Shown here: in pieces, positions 13,802-25,711 of the stretch
Position numbering within the stretch: position 1 is the stretch's first letter
Layout: every line of letters begins with the position of its first letter
Assembly: GCA_951406725.2 (NCBI GenBank)
Contig: OX597819.1
Location: 6,510,001 to 6,574,000, forward strand
Reading direction: 5' to 3'
Source: Octopus vulgaris
Taxonomy: Eukaryota
Length of the DNA: 64,000 nucleotides
The notes under the pieces: generated by a model
Databases searched by the model: none
Told to the model about the DNA's origin: nothing
The model's input: only the letters and a program-made list of their open reading frames with translations
Made by a program: the position numbers and the translations under genes

Positions 13802-13926
13802 CTTGAACAAGAATATTATTGGCAATGGTTTCAAAGTTTCGGTCAGCTAAGATATCGTCAGACAATCCGATGATGACTTAGCTGGCCGAAACTTCGAAGT
13901 CACACCCAATAATATTCTCGTTTAAG
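13802..13926. repeat. Imperfect palindrome formed by two back-to-back hammerhead-like motifs
   Basis: Plus: CCGATGA-TGAC-TTAGCT-GGCC-GAAAC-TTCGAA-GTC; minus: CTGACGA-TATC-TTAGCT-GACC-GAAAC-TTTGAA; arms of about 60 bp. Confidence 0.75.
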
Positions 13927-13958
13927 AATATTTAGATAAGATATTTCTCTGTGTGCGT

Positions 13959-13994
<36 letters not shown>

Positions 13995-14094
13995 GTGTAT
14001 GTGTGTGCGTGCGTGCGTGTGTTTTTTGTGGTGTGTGTGAGTGCCTGTGTGTGGGCGTGTGTATGTGTAGATATACATATATTTGAATATAAGG

Positions 14095-14800
14095 CATAAT
14101 GATCAAGACTGGTTTTCTACATCGAGCAAACCTATGATTCTCGTCTAGACTGACATGTTCTTCTTGTTCATACGAAGTACCTTGCACTACACTGACCAAG
14201 GTGTCCTTTAAAAAGTTTGATTGGAGGAAGACAAGTTTGCTATTTTTAGTATGTCATGTGACCGAACAATGGTTTCCTTCTTGGTATTGAGTCAGTCTAT
14301 GTTTGGTACAATGCATTCTGTGATCTATTGATGAGGTTTTCAATAAAGTAATCATTTACTCTATAGTTAGTAAGCGTGTGGTTCATATAACACACTTTAT
14401 ATGTGGTTTGTTTATTTTGAATAGGTGAAGTATAAAATGTATTTATTACTTTGTTATTGTGTATATATTGCTATATAGCTTGGTCTAGTAGAGTTTCTCA
14501 ATAGCCATCATTGATTAGTGTTGTTTTATTCGCTAGAATTCTTTACTTAGTGCTTCGTTTGTTGAGGAGAATCTAAATGTCCTGCTAAGTCAGGGATTCG
14601 CTAGAGATATTTCATATTCGTGACGAAATTCATGTCTTCTTGTAAGAGCAGGAATTTATTTGTGTATTTAGAATAAACGTAAGTTATATATCTGTTTTTT
14701 CAAGATGAATGTTTGTGATTAATTTTCTAGTGTCCCTCTAATTTCTCATATTGCAGTTTGTCCATTACAATGATAGTGTCGTCCACAACCAGGCGCACAT
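14095..14800 (-). pseudogene. Degenerate Penelope-like reverse transcriptase fragment
   Basis: Minus strand gives VDDTIIVM, TYVYSKYTN and SSTNEALSKEF*RIK..LINDGY*ETLLDQAI (PLE RT core and thumb pattern) across frameshifts. Confidence 0.55.
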
Positions 14801-15099
14801 CATATGTTCATGTCCAAGAGCACTAAAGATACATACGTACATACATATAGAGTTGAAACTCGATTCACACAGCATCTGTTTGGTTTCAATTTAGCATTGC
14901 TGTGGTTTGATTTGATTTTCATTGGTGGGGGAGGGGATTTCTTTATTCTTATTTCACTTCCACGATAGTAAAGTAGACCAAACTCTAGACCCACACGAAA
15001 GTGAGAGCAACAGCAACGACAATTATAATAATAGTTAATATCATTATTATTGTTGTTGTTGTTATTGTTTTTGGTTTTGTTGTCGTTGTTGTCGTTAGT

Positions 15100-15540
15100 C
15101 ATCTGTGAAGTCACAACAAGCACTTCAGCCTTTCCTTAAGATGTGCGCTGTGCCCAATAAGACTGCTTTTTGCAAAACATCAATCCTGCATGGGATTGCC
15201 AGTTGCCTTAAGAATTCTTGAAATTTCAATGAGATTGAGCGCAACGCTCCGATTACTACTTTTATATTAACCTCTCACATTCCTTACAGTCTTACCATTT
15301 CCATTTTCAATTCGGTGTACTTCGTGATTTTTTTCAACCTCTTTACTCACAACATTTATGCCATTTGGCATGGCTACATCAATGATCTGACAGTATTTGT
15401 CTCTCTTATTCAGTAAGACAATATCCGACGGTGTTCGATTACACGATCCGTTTGAAAGTCGTAGTCCCAGAGTATCGTTCCTTTTCCATCTTGCATAACT
15501 TTACTTGGTACATGCTCATACCAGTTCTTTTTAACTTCCT
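15100..15540 (-). pseudogene. R4/Dong-type RLE fragment ending in an (AAC/AAT)n tract
   Basis: TILWDYDFQTDRVIEH..DIVLLNK..CQIIDVAMP..KEVEK..KYTELK...VIGAL...LQKAVLLGTAHILRK. Confidence 0.8.
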
Positions 15541-16349
15541 ATTAGTATTTATGGCATACAAGCCAATGAAGATACACACACTTTATTTTAGTGTCGCTTG
15601 TATTCTTTTTGTGCAAGGCTCTCGTATTCACTTACCAAATGTCTTATCATAGAGTCTGCATTTCTGGGTGTCATAAGTTTTATATATGCTATACTTCACT
15701 GACTTTTCGTTCTGTGGAATTTCCACAGGTCCCACTAGTAGTATAGTTAATCAATATAAAAATGAAAATGAAAATAATAAAACGTATATAGTTAGCTGTA
15801 TTACTGAACCTGATGAAGATACAAATTTGTTATTATTAAGGAAGAGAAGAGCCTAAATTTAAAATCAGAATTAAGTGGTGGAATAAAAGCGCAGATAGAA
15901 AAAGATATTTGAAGCAAGCTGTTGGAAATAGGAAGTTTTAAAATCTTACTTAAATTCCAATCTGCATAATTCTACAAAGTACGGTGACGGTTATACTAAA
16001 ACAAATGAGAAGTCTAATAAATGTAGTATTCTATGGTGTAATACGGCGTTCGGATTACGGGTATCATCTAAAACTGATGGAGTATTTTTTCCACATTTTC
16101 CTGCATCTAGTAGGTACTGTACAACTTTTAACAGGCATATGGTGAAACTGCCCGATGCAATGTCAAATAAACTCGAATACCATATTCGTAAATTTAACAA
16201 TAGGAAGATATAGGAACAATATTACAGAGGTGGGGGCGCTAAGCAATGATAAGTGAAATTGCATCAAGTATATTCGGACTGATAGTCCGAATATACTTGA
16301 TGCACGTTCTAAATAGGAAACAAGCTACTCGCTGTGTTTTGCCACGGAG

Positions 16350-17111
16350 AATATACCTTCTTTTGGCGCATCTTTGGTTCGGGAAGTGCTGTGGAGCTTC
16401 GTCGGCGCCCAACCAATGAGCTGAGCGTCGCCGGTTCTCGTACAGAGTCCACTTTTCATCGCAAGTCACAATCCGGTCGAGAAACGGGTCGTTCTTGTTG
16501 CGTAAAAGAAAGGAAGACGACACATCAAAACGCCGGGTTTTTTTGTTTTTTTTTTTTTGGTTGTCGTTCAATTCGTGCGGCACCCATTTCTCAAGTATTT
16601 TTGTTTTTCCCATCTCTTTCAAGTGGTTGGAAATTGTTGTATACGTTACATCCAATTCAGAAGCAAGCTCTCGAACAGTTGTGCGTGGATTGGCTTCGAC
16701 TAAGGCCCTTAGTTGATCGTTGTCAACATCCTATAGCCGACCACTACGCTTATCATCTTCAAGACTCTCGTCACTGCTACGAAATTTCTTGAACCATCAT
16801 TGTGCTGTACGTTCAGTTAGTGGTTCCTGGGCCAAACGCATCGTTGATACCGCAAACTGTTTCAGCAGCTTTTCGGCCTAGCTTGAACTGGAATAAGAAA
16901 ACTGTGCGAATTTGCTTTTTGTCCATGTTGCATTCAACGTTCTGGAAAAAATGGCCTAATTATTCAAAAAGAAAAAAAGTAACATGATTAGAGCTAAAAA
17001 CGGGCTTTACAAGGATATATAAAGTCAAAGTAATTTAACGAAGAATAATTTCAAAATACATCATTTAAAACCAAAATTTAAAATTCCGCATGAACTTTCT
17101 TGACAACCTAA
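16350..17111 (-). mobile_element. Mariner element, 5' half (TIR plus disrupted transposase)
   Basis: TA-TTAGGTTGTCAAGAAAGTT TIR; MDKKQIRTVFLFQFKLGRKAAET, KWVPHEL and RIVTCDEKW; truncated after the first catalytic D. Confidence 0.92.
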
Positions 17112-17122
17112 TATATTAGAAA

Positions 17123-17508
17123 CTAGCAGTATCGCCCGGCGTTGCTCGGGTTTGTAAGGGAAATAACTATATAAGCATTTTTAGAGAGTTATAGCCAAAA
17201 AAATAGTAAAAAGATGGGGAAAAAATTATGGTAATTTTTTTTTTAAATCGTTGACTCCTCGTTACATTTTTAGAGAGTTACTTCCCTTATATAATAACGA
17301 AAAAATGAATTAAAATGGAAAAAAATTATGGTAAATTTTTTTTAAATCGTAGACTCATCGTAGACGCGCGCTAATACCCAGAAGAGCTCGATATGAATCA
17401 CGACTATAAGATACTCGGTTTTGGTTAAACTGCACCGCAAAATGTGGGAGTAGTTAGGAATCTAAATCGTAGGAGACAGACACACAACTTCTCTTTTATA
17501 TATAAAGA
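17123..17508 (-). mobile_element. Non-autonomous Helitron
   Basis: 5' TCTTTATATATAAAA, 3' hairpin CCCGAGCAACGCCGGG then CTAG, inserted between A and T; second copy at 46452-46832. Confidence 0.88.
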
Positions 17509-17818
17509 TTAACTCTTTCCTTCAGGAAGACTTGAAATAATGAAAAATAGAACAGAATACACATATATATATTATTACGGTGACAATATTACTCATAGGA
17601 TACCATAGTTTCCTATAGCTAAACATAGCATTAAGTGTAATTTGTAAGCCCTGATTCTTTTTAATATAAGTAACTTAACGGTGTTAAACTTTTGGAAAGT
17701 GACTGAGATACCAAAGTAGAGGATTAAATGTATAGATTTTTTTAATGCTTCCCGTTATTGACTTCAAATCATGCTGGATCGTGCACACAGATTTAGACGG
17801 TCTCTTAAAACTTAGCTG

Positions 17819-17849
<31 letters not shown>

Positions 17850-17916
17850 ACTCACTTCATCATTTTCTCTTTCTTTCATATTCTCTCTCTGCCTCTCAGA
17901 TACACAATTTCATATC

Positions 17917-18150
17917 TGTTTCTTTATTGCCCACAAGGGGCTAAACATAGAGGGGACAAAGAAGGACAGACAAACGGATTAAGTCGATTACATAGACCCC
18001 AGTGCGTAACTGGTACTTAATTTATCGACCCCGAAATGATGAAAGGCAAAGTCGACCTCGGCGGAATTTGAACTCAGAACGCAACGACAGACGTAATACC
18101 GCCAAGCATTTCGCCCGGTGTGCTAACGTTTCTGCCAGCTCGCCGCCTTA
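17917..18150 (-). mobile_element. SINE family C, full length with TSD
   Basis: TSD ACAC(A/G)ATTTCATATC at 17902-17916 and 18152-18166; matches 45188-45416 and 54081-54312. Confidence 0.92.
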
Positions 18151-18191
18151 AACACGATTTCATATCGTCCATTCTTCTCTCTTATCTTCAA

Positions 18192-18226
<35 letters not shown>

Positions 18227-18515
18227 TAGATGCATGTGTGTGAATGTTTATGTGTATATAATTTCTCAGTGTACCTGCTAACGTGCGTCCGCACGCATGG
18301 GTGAGCGCGAAACAGGAGAATAATCATGCTAATAGCAAAATAATTACATCTATATCAGTGAGGCTATAAATAATAATTATGTTATCGAAGTGGAGAACCT
18401 CTTGCATACATATGTAAGTGTGCGTGTGTGTATGTATGTATATATGTAAGTGTGCGTGTGTATATATATATATATATAGATATAGATATATATTTACACA
18501 CGCACACTTACATAT

Positions 18516-18607
<92 letters not shown>

Positions 18608-18985
18608 AGGTGATTCAATGAGTATATTCTGAAGACCACTTCAGAACCTAGAAGAACCATAAAAATAGTATCATACGATCATCGAGTAGCGTAGGACTCG
18701 ACTTCTGCAGTATTCTACTTTCCTACAAGAAGAAAAAAAATGTACAACAGCCTTCATTGTTGCCTTCATAATCTTTATAGCCGAGCAATTAGTGTACTTT
18801 TATTTTCATTTCAACTTCACTGACGTACACACATATATACACAGACGCGCGCATGCATGCACACACATACACACGCGCGTACGCACGCATGCGTAGACAC
18901 AAAATTACTCGCACGCTGTACAACTAATCCTCATTAAAAATATGTTCTATGAAATATTTCCAGACACACACACATACATATACAA

Positions 18986-19037
<52 letters not shown>

Positions 19038-19080
19038 GTATATATGTATATATATATATATATATACATTTGTATATGTA

Positions 19081-19143
<63 letters not shown>

Positions 19144-19420
19144 TTGTATATATATATATATGTATATATGTATATATATATATATATATGTATATATATA
19201 AAGTTAATCCAAACAAGAAAACACAAAAAACTACAACAACGCGAGGACGTGGAACAAATATAGTATTATTGGACGCTCAAATGTATGTATATATATATAT
19301 ATATATATACATATATACATATATACATATATATGTATTTATTTGACTAGAAGCATACATATGAACACACACACACACACAGACACACGTAGATATACGA
19401 TATTTGTTTCGTGTGCCCGA

Positions 19421-19473
<53 letters not shown>

Positions 19474-19483
19474 CATATGTGCG

Positions 19484-19522
<39 letters not shown>

Positions 19523-20164
19523 TAGATATACCTATGTGTGTGTATGTATATATATATTTATAGTTATAGACATAGATACGTGTATGTGTAAGTGTATATG
19601 TATTAATGAATGTATGCGCGTATGTATGTACGTATACATGTAGGTATATGTACGTATACTGTAATACGTTGTGCAATAGATAAATCAATATAAAACATTT
19701 ATATACTGTTTATTGTAGGTCACATGCAAGCAAATTATCATATATTTGTATATATGACTATATAGAGATACATACATACATACATGCATACATACGTTTT
19801 TCTTTTCCTATTTCTCTATATATTGCTGTGCCTTGATTCATGGCAAAATATATACATATCGACATTGAACACTTAATTTTCTAGACTATCACTGCTTTAC
19901 CTTCATCATGTATTTTTAATGAATTCTACGAATTATGAATATTCGCATCCATAATTCCATGCACAAAGACACACACCTTCATACACAATCACACACATTT
20001 ACACACAGGGATATACACATGCACAGTGTAGATAAAGTTACTGTTCCCTACGTACCCAGAGCTGAAACAATCCATTCACACTTTGCAGGCATATGCTTCA
20101 GTTATTTACACATATGTCCACAGGCTTGCTCATAGCCACATGTTAATATACAAGTATATTCAAA

Positions 20165-20368
20165 ATGTGACCTCATGTGTACCGTTGGCGATTTTTTTCC
20201 CTCTGTCTTCCCTTTTCTGGATCTTTCCTTCTCCTATGTTTCCGACGAAGAGCTCCGCTCGAAACGTTAAACCCTCCTTCTTCCCTTCTATCCTGAGCGT
20301 CCAATAATACTATATTTGTTCCACGTCCTCGCGTTGTTGTGTTTTCTTATTTGGATTAACTTTATATA
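20165..20368 (+). mobile_element. Short PLE-type terminal repeat with minimal hammerhead (20238-20272); inverted partial copy at 19200-19279
   Basis: GTTT-CCGACGA-A-GAGC-TCC-GCTC-GAAAC-GTT-AAAC; tail CCACGTCCTCGCGTTGTTGT shared with 1441-1460 and the 19200-19279 (-) copy. Confidence 0.75.
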
Positions 20369-20786
20369 GAGAACACCCTACCACAAATATAAACACGCTT
20401 CTACATGCAGGCAAACTTACTACATTTGTCTTGCATGATTGTCATAAAGTGTTTCAACTTTATGTAAATATCTTACGTACAAAGACTAACTAGCAGACCA
20501 GTTTCGTTCCAGGGCATGTTTCTGAAAATCTTTCCAATTAGAAAACAAAATCTTTCTTTTTCAGAAGTGGATAGCGACGCACATATGAAGCTATGAATTA
20601 TAGCATGTAAATATTGCTTTAGCAAAACTCTTTTTGGATACAAAAGCTGAAGGCTTCCGTAGTATTGGAACCCACATCTTTTGTAATGACTGGTATTCTA
20701 TCATTCTATCATTGGATGAGTGCAATCCTGCATATTACACACACATACATTCACACATACACACGTCAGTGTATGTATATATATAT

Positions 20787-21199
20787 AGGCGCAGGAGTGG
20801 CTGTGTGGTAAGTAGCTTGCTTACCAACCACATGATTCCGGGTTCAGTCCCACTGCGTGGCACCTTAGGCAAGTGTCTTCTACTATAGCCTCGGCCCGAC
20901 CAAAGCATTGTGAGTGGATTTGGTAGACGGAAACTGAAAGAAGCCCATCGTATATATGTATATATATATATATGTGTGTGCATGTATGTTTGTGTGTCTG
21001 TATTTGTCCCCTAAGCATTGCTTGACAATCGATGCTGGTGTGTTTATGTCCCCGTCACTTAGCGGTTCGGCAAAAGAGACCGATAGAATAAGTACTGGGC
21101 TTACAAAGAATAAGTCCCGGGGTCGAGTTGCTCGATTAAAGGCGGTACTGCAGCATGGCCGCGGTCAGATGACTGAAACAAGTAAAAGAGTAAAAGAGT
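20787..21199 (+). mobile_element. SINE family B, full length
   Basis: Matches 53081-53532. Confidence 0.93.
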
Positions 21200-21860
21200 A
21201 TATGTATAGTGAGAATTTACAAACAAAACCAAAGACGAAGACGGGTGTGTAAACAAAAAACATATATGTAGATGCTCATACTTTTATATACCTACATATG
21301 TAATCAATGTTATATGTATACATTCGTAAATTTTGTGTAGACAGATTATACAATAAAAAAATTTAACACGTCTCAATAAAATTTGTGATGCTTTTACTCT
21401 TCCTCCGAACATTTTTACATAACTTTGTATATCCCTACATGTTTTCTTAACACCTTTTTAGCACGTTTTTTTCTATGTAAGTTAGGTTCTGGCGGCTAAA
21501 TAAAAAATAAATATATATACAAATAACTATTATTTTTTCCTTTTTGCCTGACTGATTAATTTCATTGATTTTCATAAAATCAAATTAATTTTGTTATCAT
21601 TATTGAAGTTTCATCCGATTTACTTTCTGATAGTATTGTTTTCAATGGTGTTTGTTGCTGCTTATTATACCTCTTTCTTTACTTCTTTTTCCGCTTTGTT
21701 GTGAATAACTGCTGCGTTCTTTTGATTGCTTCGTCTTGTTAATATTTTTGTTACCATTGTACTGCTGTTTAATTTAATGATCTACCTATCTATCTATATA
21801 TGTGTGGGTGTGTGTGCGTGCGTGTGTTTGTGTGCTGGGGTAGATAGATAGATAGCTAGC

Positions 21861-21959
<99 letters not shown>

Positions 21960-21961
21960 GC

Positions 21962-22024
<63 letters not shown>

Positions 22025-22029
22025 CAGGC

Positions 22030-22101
<72 letters not shown>

Positions 22102-22103
<2 letters not shown>

Positions 22104-22250
22104 GTTTCTTTATTGGCCACACAGGGTTGCACACAGATGGGACAAGTTACAAGGTAGAGCTTTTCTTTTGGGGGATGAAAAAAACAAAAAACAAAAGAAA
22201 AAAAAGGGGTGGCGTAGGTTTTCGATCAAGAGGGATCGTAAAAGGGAAGA
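22102..22250 (-). mobile_element. Retroelement 3' end with AATAAA and (CTAT)n tail
   Basis: Minus strand TTGTCCCATCTGTGTGCAACCCTGTGTGGCCAATAAAGAAAC runs into (TATC)n. Confidence 0.55.
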
Positions 22251-22334
22251 AAAGACAAAAAAAATAATAAAAAATAAAAAATAAAAAATGAATAAATAAA
22301 ATAAAAAATAAGATAGATAGATAGATAGATAGAT

Positions 22335-23187
22335 CTCATATGAATAGCAAGTTTGGCTTTGGACAAATAAACATTACAGCATATATTACAAAGATTTTCG
22401 GGCTGAAAAGTGTCAGGGATTGATGTCATGACCTGTTTACGAAATGCTTGTTTCATGATGTAGAGTTCGATTCTCTGTGGTTCAAGTGGTTTACAACCAA
22501 TGTAGATCACTTCGTTTCAAACCGATCTATTTTCCATCATCCGATTCTCGTCTTGGCTACCCTCACTAAAAGTCCTTAGGTGGCGTTTTGTCAGCACCCC
22601 TTAAACATTCCTTAGGTAGATGTCTTGGACGTTTACCATGTTGCAACACCTCGTAAAACAGCTGCAGAAGTAACCTGTCATTCTCCAACCGTGTAAGAGG
22701 CTCAGCAGCCCACCGCATCCGATTGCTTATGAGGAGCATCGCAATATTAAATTTGATGGCTTGCTGAAGACCCACGGTAATCTTTCCAATCTTTCCAAGG
22801 CTTTGTTGTGACGACGATATATATATTCCAAGTCAGAAAAGAGTAATGAAAGGGCAATTAAGATACACGATTCCCAGACGCCGAGCTTGGTATTAATGGT
22901 GATACCTCTATCAGACCAGACGCGATTTTCAAACCTTCCAAAGGCTTTACTGACAGTCTCAATCGACAGATTTATTTTGAGAATCAAGGATCTACCGCTA
23001 AGGGTGTGTTACCAACTCAGACAAAAGAGTCGATCACATCAGATCTTTAATACTGGATGGCGCTAGGATCCCCAAAGGGTTTGTATGTGGGCTGAGAGAA
23101 TATGAGCTCTGTCTTCTTCAATGTGAGACACGATATCTACGTACTCAGCATAGAGGAGTTCACGTACGAGTGCTTGGAAAGTCTCCG

Positions 23188-23188
<1 letters not shown>
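22335..23188 (-). pseudogene. RTE-clade LINE RT and C-terminus, degenerate
   Basis: VRELLYAEY, SKAFGRFENRVWSDRGITINTKL, MRWA..RLENDRLLLQLFYEVLQHGKRPR and CNICCNVYLSKAKLAIHMRS. Confidence 0.85.
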
Positions 23189-23218
<30 letters not shown>

Positions 23219-23469
23219 GCGTGCGTGTCTGTATCTCTGTCTCCCCGCCATCGCTTGACAACTGATGCTGGTGTGTTTATGCCACCGTAACTTAGCGGTT
23301 CGATTAAAGTGATCGATTGAATAAGTACTGGGATCAATTTTTTCGACTAAAATTCTTCAATGTGGTGCTCCGGGATGGCCGCAGTCAAATGTCCGAAACA
23401 GGTAAAAGAGTATATCTGTGTGTGTATGTATGTGTGTGTGTGCGCGCGTATGTATGTGTGTATGTGTAT

Positions 23470-23720
23470 ATCTATATATATAAAATTGAGAATGTCTGTC
23501 TGTATGTGCATCACTAAAACTCGAGAAACACCCAACCGATTTCATTCAAAATTTTGTACATGCCTTACTTAAGACCCATGCAGTGTCATGGGCCAAATAC
23601 ATTTTCAACTTCTTGCCTAATGCGAGCCCGGAGCAATATCATATCTCTTACACTGTTTTGATATTACGTGTCAAAAGTGAAACAGTAACATCTCTATTGT
23701 AATGTGATATAATACTTTCA
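23470..23720 (+). mobile_element. Probable Helitron 5' portion from a different family
   Basis: Starts TCTATATATATAAAATTGAGAATGTCTGTCTGT, resembling the 5' end at 46452; no 3' CTAG hairpin seen. Confidence 0.45.
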
Positions 23721-23770
23721 CTATTATCCGGTTTCAATTTCAATTACTTTCACTATGTATTTATATACAT

Positions 23771-23824
<54 letters not shown>

Positions 23825-23947
23825 ATATATATATGTGTGTGTGTGTGAGTGAATATATATATGCATGTATATATATGGATATATATATATGTATGTGTAT
23901 ACATATATATATACATATATATGTATGTATGCGTGTATATATATATG

Positions 23948-24011
<64 letters not shown>

Positions 24012-24016
<5 letters not shown>

Positions 24017-24754
24017 CAAAATGGGACAAGAACGCAAAAAATCCGGACAACTAGCTGATACAAAAAGGGACAACAAAACATCCAGATAGACGATAACAAT
24101 GACGTGTCATTCGAAGTTTTCTATCTTCAGAACCGGATCGCAATTTTGGCTGATTATTCTTGAGATTGCTCTAATCTGGCCAGCCCCAAGGAAAAACTAA
24201 GCTAAAAGCATTAGATTTCTTGGAAGAAAGCAGCAAATGTATACAAAAACAAGGACGAAAGAAACGGACAATGTTACACAAATATACATACAATAAAAAT
24301 GCAATAAAAATAATATCAGGACATCTTTTGACTAAGGACGAATTGAAATTAGTTACGTGTGTGGAAATGAAGCCTTACGGCAGAGATACAAATATTTTAC
24401 AAACACAGGGAAGAATATCGCTGTTGCCCGGACCACGGTCAGACCAAGAAAGAAAGGGCAGGCTAGCCGATCGGTCACGTGGGAAGAGAAGAGAGCGAAG
24501 TAGAAGCAGAGGCACAGAAGGATTAAGGAGGGGCGAAAAAGAAGGACAGGGACACAGGGAAGTGAAAACTGGAGAGAAAGTGCGTAAGAAGAGAAGGCAA
24601 AGAAATATGAGAGAGGGGGAAGGAAAGAACGAAGCGTAGAATGAACGAATAAGCGTGAAAGGCCGATAGAAATTCTTCTGTCCCTCTGCTTCTACTTCTC
24701 TCTCTCTTCTCTTCTCACGTGATCGATCAGCCAGCCTGCTCTTTCTTTCTTGGT
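24012..24754 (-). mobile_element. (TA)n-flanked PLE-type terminal fragment with internal inverted repeat
   Basis: Arms of about 80 bp at 24443-24520 and 24675-24754; left end homologous to 58915-58960; degenerate CTGAAGA..CGAA at 24100-24130 (-). Confidence 0.55.
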
Positions 24755-24850
24755 ATATATGTATATGTATGTATTCTTTTATCCTTTTATTTGTTTCAAT
24801 CATGAGGTCGTGGTCATGCTGGATATACATACATATATATATATATATAT

Positions 24851-25304
24851 ATAAATATAAGAGAGTTACCGTTAAGTGGTTAACTCTAGTGCTAAAAATA
24901 GCTCATCATTCTGGCATAGCCACCGAAGTTGTTTCCACATAGAAATAACATTACCCTCAACGTAAGGAAAGTGAAATACAACGAAAAGATAGATTAATGC
25001 TGAACAATTGTTTCTTTATCAATATAATATGCAATTATACTCACATATTTATCTATAAGTCATCAGCAGCATTTGTCTTCGATACAATTTATTGGACCCT
25101 CACGAGCCAACTTCGTACCCAACTTCGGTGGCTATACCAGAATGAGGAGCTATTTTTAGCACTAGAGTTAACCACTTAACGGTAACTCTCTTATATTTAT
25201 GTATAAATTTGTATTGTCTCCCTGGTTTTTTATGTGCTAAGCCACTTGGTGTTAAACTGATGGTATTATTAAATTAATATCTAATTTTTCACCCTTATTT
25301 ATGA

Positions 25305-25310
<6 letters not shown>
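24851..25310. mobile_element. (TA)n-flanked asymmetric fold-back element
   Basis: Near-perfect inverted arms 24851-24931 and 25120-25200; right arm extends to CACCCTTATTTATGA. Confidence 0.8.
24996..25073 (-). ncRNA. Type-I hammerhead-like ribozyme with long stem II
   Basis: AATGCTG-CTGATGA-[45-nt hairpin]-GAAAC-AATT-GTT-CAGCATT: perfect 7-bp stem I, intact core and palindromic AACAATTGTT. Confidence 0.8.
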
Positions 25311-25344
<34 letters not shown>

Positions 25345-25348
<4 letters not shown>

Positions 25349-25653
25349 AATAATAAAAGGGTAAAACTAATTAATTATTAATTAATTTTACCAAGTAGTG
25401 TTCAGTATGTAAAAAGACCATTTACAGTATATTTGAAACATTACGTTATAAAAATAGGGTTCAGTAAAATAATTTACTTTACCACACACCGAACTTTTTA
25501 GAAATAGCAGCCCAAAATCTTAGCTATTTCTTCTACTGTTAGCTATTTCTTAGCTATTTCTTCTTACAGTTGAAGAAATAGCTAAGATTTTTGGCTGCTA
25601 TTTCTAAAAAGTTCGGTGTGTGGTAAAGTAAATTATTTTACTGAACCCTATTT

Positions 25654-25660
<7 letters not shown>
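25345..25660. mobile_element. (TA)n-flanked asymmetric fold-back element
   Basis: Inverted arms at about 25447-25533 and 25572-25659; related to 30507-30779. Confidence 0.8.

Positions 25661-25711
<51 letters not shown>

Noticed and set aside
24220-24830. Overlapping 139-aa and 151-aa ORFs
   Set aside because: Purine/pyrimidine-skewed low-complexity sequence within an inverted-repeat element; no recognisable domain.
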